From Candidatus Helarchaeota ASGARD archaeon Hel_GB_B (lineage in GTDB: Archaea > Asgardarchaeota > Lokiarchaeia > Helarchaeales > HEL-GB-B), in contig SUPR01000161.1 of the NCBI GenBank assembly GCA_005191425.1, positions 1 through 5,972 of the forward strand: DNA of 5,972 nucleotides. The letters are read 5' to 3'. Positions 1-4,878 of this stretch are shown piece after piece (position 1 is the first letter of the stretch; each line of letters starts with the position of its first letter). The translations under genes and the position numbers were made by a program. The notes under the pieces are model-generated. The model was not told the origin of the DNA and did not search any database. It was given only the letters and a program-made list of their open reading frames with translations.

Positions 1-2
1 AT

Positions 3-908
3 ATAATATGTTTTTTTCAATCTAAATCAAAATCAGCCAGTGAAATCAAAGGGAAATCATATAAAGTGGATGGAAAAAAGGTTCAGCAAATAATATTTTA
101 CGACTTTCCGGCTTCTCTTAAAATTGATCGTGATAAATGGAAGGGAAATGAAATAGTACCAATGATAAAAACGTTAGAAGAAAAAAATTGCATGAAATGT
201 GGAGGTAAAGGAATTATTGTTTGTAAGACATGTAAAGGAACTAAATTGGTGACGTGCAAAAATTGTGGAGGACAGGGGACGGTTAAATGTTCCTATTGCG
301 GAGGAAAAGGTAAAATTGAAGTAAAAATTAAGGTATTAAAAGGTCCGCAACAAGAAAAAAGTTATAAGATAATCAAAATAAATTGTCCAAAATGTTTTGG
401 GGGATCTGGGAAAATTACATGTCAACGATGTGGTGGTACAGGAAAAGTCCCATGCAGCGATTGTAAGAGCCAAGGAAGTTGGCGGTGCGATGAATGTGGT
501 GGTTATGGAGTCTTTTATTATTACGAAGCATTACCAGTTCCTTTTAAAGATATAACAGATTTAATTCCGCACTTAATTTTCAAGAAAGAATACGAGAAAT
601 ATCTTGGTGAAAAAATAAGTAAATTAGATCTGGAAAGCGTCGAAGGAATTAAGATCACAGATATCAAAAAATTGACCAGAAAGGACTTAGAACCTCAATT
701 AGGATATTGGGATAAAAGCGTTGAGAAATTAATTTCGCAAACCAAGAACGTTTTTAAAAATTCTGAAAAAAATAACCTTGAAGACCCAAAATATCCGATA
801 TATTTGTTTCCATTATTGGAACTAGATTGTAAAACTCCAAGAGGTAAAAAATTTGAGATTTTTAGCATAGGGACTGAACAAGGATACATTATCATTGACC
901 ACTTTTAA
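3..908 (+). CDS. DnaJ-type zinc-finger repeat protein (8 CxxC repeats), SSUH2-like; 5'-partial
   Basis: The frame is open from nt 3 (IICFFQSKSKSASEIKGKSYK then VDGKK), so the GTG at 66 in the ORF track is probably internal and the gene starts upstream of the window. Eight repeats lie at 189-509: CMKCGGKG, CKTCKGTK, CKNCGGQG, CSYCGGKG, CPKCFGGSG, CQRCGGTG, CSDCKSQG, CDECGGYG. No J-domain HPD motif is present in the visible part. Stop is TAA at 906-908. Confidence 0.85.
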   Translation: MICFFQSKSKSASEIKGKSYKVDGKKVQQIIFYDFPASLKIDRDKWKGNEIVPMIKTLEEKNCMKCGGKGIIVCKTCKGTKLVTCKNCGGQGTVKCSYCGGKGKIEVKIKVLKGPQQEKSYKIIKINCPKCFGGSGKITCQRCGGTGKVPCSDCKSQGSWRCDECGGYGVFYYYEALPVPFKDITDLIPHLIFKKEYEKYLGEKISKLDLESVEGIKITDIKKLTRKDLEPQLGYWDKSVEKLISQTKNVFKNSEKNNLEDPKYPIYLFPLLELDCKTPRGKKFEIFSIGTEQGYIIIDHF

Positions 909-921
909 GAAGTTTTAATCG

Positions 922-958
922 ATTTTAATTTTTTTGATTTATTTTATTTTTTATTTTT
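922..958 (+). terminator. Oligo-T archaeal terminator candidate downstream of the zinc-finger gene
   Basis: Several T-tracts (T7 at 929-935, T6 at 947-952, T5 at 954-958) begin about 20 nt after the stop codon, as expected for archaeal intrinsic termination. Confidence 0.55.
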
Positions 959-989
959 AAACAAAGCTTTTTTAATAAATGTTAATAAA

Positions 990-1014
990 TAGTTTATCAG
1001 AATTTTATAAACTA
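990..1014. promoter_or_regulatory. Inverted repeat TAGTTTAT-N9-ATAAACTA overlapping the chaperonin promoter (candidate operator)
   Basis: Perfect 8-bp arms at 990-997 and 1007-1014 with a 9-nt spacer. The right arm overlaps the TATA candidate. Confidence 0.4.
998..1011 (+). promoter_or_regulatory. BRE/TATA promoter candidate for the chaperonin gene
   Basis: Purine-rich CAGAA (998-1002) is followed by TTTATAAA (1004-1011), about 30 nt upstream of ATG 1040, implying a very short 5' UTR. An alternative AT box lies near 962-978. Confidence 0.55.
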
Positions 1015-1039
1015 ATCAATGTAAAAGGTCAAAATATCT

Positions 1040-2683
1040 ATGAGTCTTTCAGAGCGGCCAATGAAATTATTAGAGTCAGAATTTAAGAGGATGAATAAAG
1101 AAGATGCATTACATACAAATATAGTCGCTGCATCTTTGATGGCTGAATTGATCAGGACTTCATTTGGCCCATTTGGACTAGATAAGATGATAATAGACCC
1201 ATTAGGAGATATAATAATAACAAATGATGGCTCAACAATTGTTAAAAATTTTGATGTAAAGCACCCTGTTGCTAGGATTTTAGACAATCTTGTTAGAAGT
1301 CAAGACTATGAAGCGGGTGATGGAACAAAAACAGCAGTAATTCTTACCGGGGAATTATTAAAACAAGCATTTCACCTTTTAGAAAATAAGATCCACCCTA
1401 ATGATATAATTAGTGGTTATGAAATAGCTTTAAAATGGGCAAATGAATTATTAGACCAAAATGCAATAAAGGTGGACATTAATGACAAACAAATCCTAAG
1501 AAATTTAGTTTTAACTGCATTAAATTCTAAGTTTCAAGTAGATAATGAAGAGTATCTTGCAGATTTAGTTGTTGACGCGGTTATGACCGTGCTAGAAAAA
1601 GACCATAAAGGAGATCATTTCGTAAATCTAAAAAATATATTTGTACTTGCTATTAAAGGAGGTAATATTAGAGATAGTCGTTTAGTTCGGGGTATGGTAA
1701 TTGACAAGGAAATATTATCTGGATTAATGCCTAAAAGAATAGAAAATGCTAAAATAGCAATGATCGAGCCTAGTCTTGAACATAAAAAGGTTCACGAATT
1801 CAAACCAAAAATTTCTATTATTAGACCTGACCAAATGAAAATCTTTAGAAATGAAGATCTAAATATTTTAAAAAAGTTTATTAATAAAATGAAGGAAACG
1901 GGAGTCAATGTCGCCTTCTTCAGGCGGGATATTTCTGAAAAAGCGCAATCATTTTTAAATCAAGCTGGAATCATAGCAGCTAGATTTGTATATAGAGATC
2001 AATTTTATGCAACTCAAAAAGCAATTGGGGCTAATTTAATTACAAAATTGGATGATTATTCAGAAAAAGACCTTGGATATGCAAAATTAGTAGAAGAGAG
2101 AAAAGTTGGCAAGAAAAAAGTAATATTTATTGAAGATTGTAAAAACCCTAAGGCAGTTTGTATATTATTGAGGGCAGGAATTAAAAACGTAGGCTATGAA
2201 CTAGAAAGAAGAATAATGGATGCATTGTCCGTGGTTAAGAATGCAGTTGAAGAAAAAAAGATCCTAGCTGGTGGCGGAGCTATAGAAATAGAACTATCGA
2301 GAAAAATAAAATTTAAATCCAATACAATGCATGGTAAAAAACAACTAGCAATAAATGCTTTTGCAGATTCCTTGGAAATAATTCCTAAAACACTTATTGA
2401 AACAGCCGGACTAGACATTATAGATATGCTGGCTAATCTAAGAGCAGCTCATAACCTTCAAAATGATGACTCTAGATTTATAGGACTTAATACTAATACT
2501 TTTTCATTAGATAATATGATAAAAGCGGGAATAATTGACTCATACCGTGCAAAGTATCATGCTATAAATGCAGCATCAGAAGTCGCCAAGTTAATTTTAA
2601 GAATTGATGATATAATAGACCAAGCAGAAGAATCGGCTTATGCGCCACCACCAAAACCTCGCGAACCCATAGAAGATGATTAG
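1040..2683 (+). CDS. ths: Group II chaperonin (thermosome / CCT-TCP-1 family) subunit, divergent paralog
   Basis: 547 aa with family motifs TSFGPFGLDKMI, ITNDGSTIVK, HPVA, AGDGTKTAVILTGELL, TALNSK, DSRLVRGMVIDKE, ERRIMDALSVV (catalytic Asp, D394), GGGAIEIEL, IIPKTL and LILRIDDII. The helical-protrusion/lid segment typical of group II is present (EHKKVHEFKPKISIIRPDQMKIFRNED). Confidence 0.97.
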   Translation: MSLSERPMKLLESEFKRMNKEDALHTNIVAASLMAELIRTSFGPFGLDKMIIDPLGDIIITNDGSTIVKNFDVKHPVARILDNLVRSQDYEAGDGTKTAVILTGELLKQAFHLLENKIHPNDIISGYEIALKWANELLDQNAIKVDINDKQILRNLVLTALNSKFQVDNEEYLADLVVDAVMTVLEKDHKGDHFVNLKNIFVLAIKGGNIRDSRLVRGMVIDKEILSGLMPKRIENAKIAMIEPSLEHKKVHEFKPKISIIRPDQMKIFRNEDLNILKKFINKMKETGVNVAFFRRDISEKAQSFLNQAGIIAARFVYRDQFYATQKAIGANLITKLDDYSEKDLGYAKLVEERKVGKKKVIFIEDCKNPKAVCILLRAGIKNVGYELERRIMDALSVVKNAVEEKKILAGGGAIEIELSRKIKFKSNTMHGKKQLAINAFADSLEIIPKTLIETAGLDIIDMLANLRAAHNLQNDDSRFIGLNTNTFSLDNMIKAGIIDSYRAKYHAINAASEVAKLILRIDDIIDQAEESAYAPPPKPREPIEDD

Positions 2684-2699
2684 AACCAAATTAAGAATG

Positions 2700-2757
2700 T
2701 TAAATTTTGAATTTAATATAAGAAAAATGAAGAAAAATTAAAGCCCTAAAAATTAAC
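2700..2757 (-). terminator. T-rich terminator candidate for mobB in the convergent ths/mobB spacer
   Basis: The minus strand after the mobB stop reads TTAGTTAATTTTTAGGGCTTTAATTTTTCTTCATTTTTCTTAT, with three T5 tracts. It includes the duplicated 9-mer AAGAAAAAT on the + strand (2720-2728, 2730-2738). Confidence 0.4.
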
Positions 2758-2761
2758 TAAC

Positions 2762-3514
2762 TTAAAATTTAATCTCTAATTGGATGTCTGATATTGATTT
2801 AGCTGGGAGTTTAAGAGTTTCAATACACCCAACAAGAATATTTTTTAACAAGTTTGCTGCAAACCTATTTAAAGCAATATTTTTTTCATTGACATATAAA
2901 AAAACATCATCAACATCTCTTGCAACACATTTTTCTAGTTTGACATCTCCTTTAAGAAAATGATTATAAAATTCTGCACATGATTTATAACCACATTTTT
3001 GACAATTCAATAGAGGGATATGGGGATATGCTAATTTTTCTACTATTCCAGGAATTTTCTCAAATTCGATATAGAGCTCATGATCTTTTAAGTCTATTTT
3101 ATGACTATAAACACCTACTGTATTGTTATTAATAAATATGTCCAAATCATCTATCTCATTGATTAATGCAATTTGTGGTATAAAATTCATGTCTTTAATT
3201 CCTTCTAAAATTACAAAATCAACTTCTTTTTCTACAATCTTAAAAATTTTAGACCTTACATTCTCCGCACGATAAATTATTCCACTTGATTCTGGAGCAA
3301 TATACGAAATTAGAGTAGCTCCTGCTTCGCCATAAATTGCTGTATCTTTCCCTTTAATATCAATTCCAAATCCTGGATGGTGCATTGATTTTATAACGCA
3401 AACTTTGTATCCTTTTTTTGTCAAATATTTTATGATATTTTTTATAAGGTAAGTTTTACCAGATCCAGAATATCCAACTATTGAGAAATATTTTGTATCC
3501 ATTTTAAGCCACAT
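2762..3514 (-). CDS. mobB: Molybdopterin-guanine dinucleotide biosynthesis protein B with C-terminal Fe-S domain
   Basis: Walker A GYSGSGKT (3475-3452), VIKSMHH...IDIKGKDT...AGA and DFVILEGIK are MobB motifs. These are followed by C-x2-C-x4-C-x16-C (3004-2927) and a C-terminal LYVNEKNIALNRF...TLK segment typical of archaeal MobB. The start may instead be ATG 3502 (MDTKY). Confidence 0.9.
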   Translation of the reverse strand: MWLKMDTKYFSIVGYSGSGKTYLIKNIIKYLTKKGYKVCVIKSMHHPGFGIDIKGKDTAIYGEAGATLISYIAPESSGIIYRAENVRSKIFKIVEKEVDFVILEGIKDMNFIPQIALINEIDDLDIFINNNTVGVYSHKIDLKDHELYIEFEKIPGIVEKLAYPHIPLLNCQKCGYKSCAEFYNHFLKGDVKLEKCVARDVDDVFLYVNEKNIALNRFAANLLKNILVGCIETLKLPAKSISDIQLEIKF

Positions 3515-3621
3515 CCTATTTATAACTATTTTAAAAAAAGACGCTAATTGTAATTATCATGGTATATATAATATTATTTCTATTGTGAGAACATTTTCTA
3601 AAAATTATAAATTCTGTTTTT

Positions 3622-3637
3622 ACACTCAAACACTCAA
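3622..3637 (+). repeat. Tandem 8-mer ACACTCAA x2 in the divergent mobB/longin spacer
   Basis: ACACTCAA at 3622-3629 and 3630-3637, read directly. Function unknown. Confidence 0.3.
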
Positions 3638-3752
3638 GGAGAATTATCTATTTTTTTAGGCAGACAATAAAATTTTCCATAAAATAATTAAATATTAGTT
3701 TGAATTATAATTAATTAATTGGATAATATGTACCTAAAAAGGCAAATTAATA

Positions 3753-4610
3753 ATGATCAGAGAAATATGGTTAGTTGAGAAATTAAGGGGTATTTGTTTA
3801 CTTCACAGGTCATATAGTTCTTTACAAACAAATCCAGACCTTTTGAGTTCATTTTTAAGTGGACTTTATGCATTTAGCGAGGTTGAACTATCAAAATATG
3901 GTTTAAAAGAAGAAACCGAAATTAAAGGGATTGAATCAATAGACATGTCCGGATTTAGATGGGTTTATGTTGATATGAAGGGAATTTTATATATTGTAGC
4001 AGCAGACCGTGAAGATAATGTTGATATTCTGAGAAAACAGGTCAAAGTCATAAGACAGAATTTTCTACATCATTTTGGGTATAAAGACGAAAAAAGCTTT
4101 TCTGAAAATTGGAATGGAAATATATCGCAATTTGAAGGAGAATTTGAAGATATATTAGACGAATTAGTCCAGAACTGGGAACAAGTAGATAATGTGAGCT
4201 TAATTATTGCCCAAAAAATGGACCTTGTAGAGATTTATCAGCAATTTTATTTAGCATTAGGGAGAATTTTAAAGTTCATTCCTAGTGAACAAACACTTGC
4301 AAAATTAAAATATAAGATGTTTAATGTAAAAAACGAGAAAATCTCAAAAAAATTAAAAAATGTAGAATATCACTCAAAGACAGGCTGGGATATAACTGCA
4401 ATTGACTTGATAAATATAAATATTCAAGAATTGCAAAATAACTTGAACATCTTACTAGAGGAATTTGTTTTAACCTTGAAACAATTAGCTGGGACTAAGG
4501 TTGTTCATAGATTAAGCAGAAAATTCGTTTTCCCTATAATTTTAAAGACTTATTCCAGATTAAAAGATTTAAAAATCGACGAAAATATCTTGAAAATTTT
4601 CTTAACCTAA
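3753..4610 (+). CDS. Longin-like domain protein (Asgard type) with helical C-terminal extension
   Basis: The N-terminal ~140 aa follow the longin/sedlin-like pattern: MIREIWLV..GICLLHRSY (beta hairpin), PDLLSSFLSGLYAFSE (helix 1), IESIDM..FRWVY..ILYIVAADRED (beta strands), ILRKQVKVIRQNFLHHF (helix 2) and W.GNISQFE.FEDILDELV (helix 3). The remainder looks helical and is not recognised. Confidence 0.7.
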   Translation: MIREIWLVEKLRGICLLHRSYSSLQTNPDLLSSFLSGLYAFSEVELSKYGLKEETEIKGIESIDMSGFRWVYVDMKGILYIVAADREDNVDILRKQVKVIRQNFLHHFGYKDEKSFSENWNGNISQFEGEFEDILDELVQNWEQVDNVSLIIAQKMDLVEIYQQFYLALGRILKFIPSEQTLAKLKYKMFNVKNEKISKKLKNVEYHSKTGWDITAIDLININIQELQNNLNILLEEFVLTLKQLAGTKVVHRLSRKFVFPIILKTYSRLKDLKIDENILKIFLT

Positions 4611-4840
4611 TGAGTTAAATAAAAAAAGAAATTGTTATTTACCATTATGACATGAATTGGTAATAATATATTATTCTCCTTAAAAATTATAAGTAATTGA
4701 AAAAAAGGTAATAGGAAGGGAAATTAAATCCCTTCAATTTAATTGAGGTTGAAATATGGCTATTGTTTAAATTAATAATTTTTATTATAATCGTTAAAAT
4801 CATTTCTAATATTAACCTTCGGATATTTATATTCATAAGT

Positions 4841-4857
4841 GAAAAAAATTTTATTAA
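4841..4857 (+). promoter_or_regulatory. BRE/TATA promoter candidate for the glycosyltransferase-like gene
   Basis: GAAAAAAA (4841-4848) is followed by TTTATTAA (4850-4857), centred about 26 nt upstream of TTG 4879. Confidence 0.5.
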
Positions 4858-4878
4858 TCTATCAAAAATTTTCTTTAT

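Noticed and set aside
66-68. GTG as the start of the zinc-finger gene
   Set aside because: The frame stays open to nt 3 and the upstream codons continue the SSUH2-like pattern, so the start is probably outside the window.
695-895. 66-aa minus-strand ORF from the track
   Set aside because: It lies wholly antisense to the zinc-finger CDS and has no recognisable motif; a shadow ORF.
3-908. Calling the first gene dnaJ
   Set aside because: No HPD/J-domain, G/F region or DnaJ C-terminal domain is visible, and it has eight rather than four repeats. The unseen N-terminus leaves a small doubt.
990-1014. CIRCE element
   Set aside because: The 9-nt spacer matches, but the arms do not resemble TTAGCACTC/GAGTGCTAA.
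1012-1287. 91-aa minus-strand ORF from the track
   Set aside because: It is antisense to the conserved 5' part of the chaperonin, and its S/I/F-rich composition is what the reverse complement of that gene produces.
2194-2418. 74-aa minus-strand ORF from the track
   Set aside because: It is antisense to conserved chaperonin motifs (its PPPA mirrors AGGG); a shadow ORF.
3728-3778. 16-aa ORF overlapping the longin start in another frame
   Set aside because: Too short and no supporting signal; expected by chance.
4640-4665. SECIS-like element (ATGA in a stem-loop)
   Set aside because: The stem is too short, lacks the paired GA quartet and apical AA geometry, and none of the neighbouring CDSs needs an in-frame TGA.
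4687-4836. 49-aa minus-strand ORF (MNINIRRLILEM...)
   Set aside because: I/N/K-rich composition typical of AT-rich noncoding DNA, with no motif or ribosome-binding signal; it also overlaps the hairpin region.
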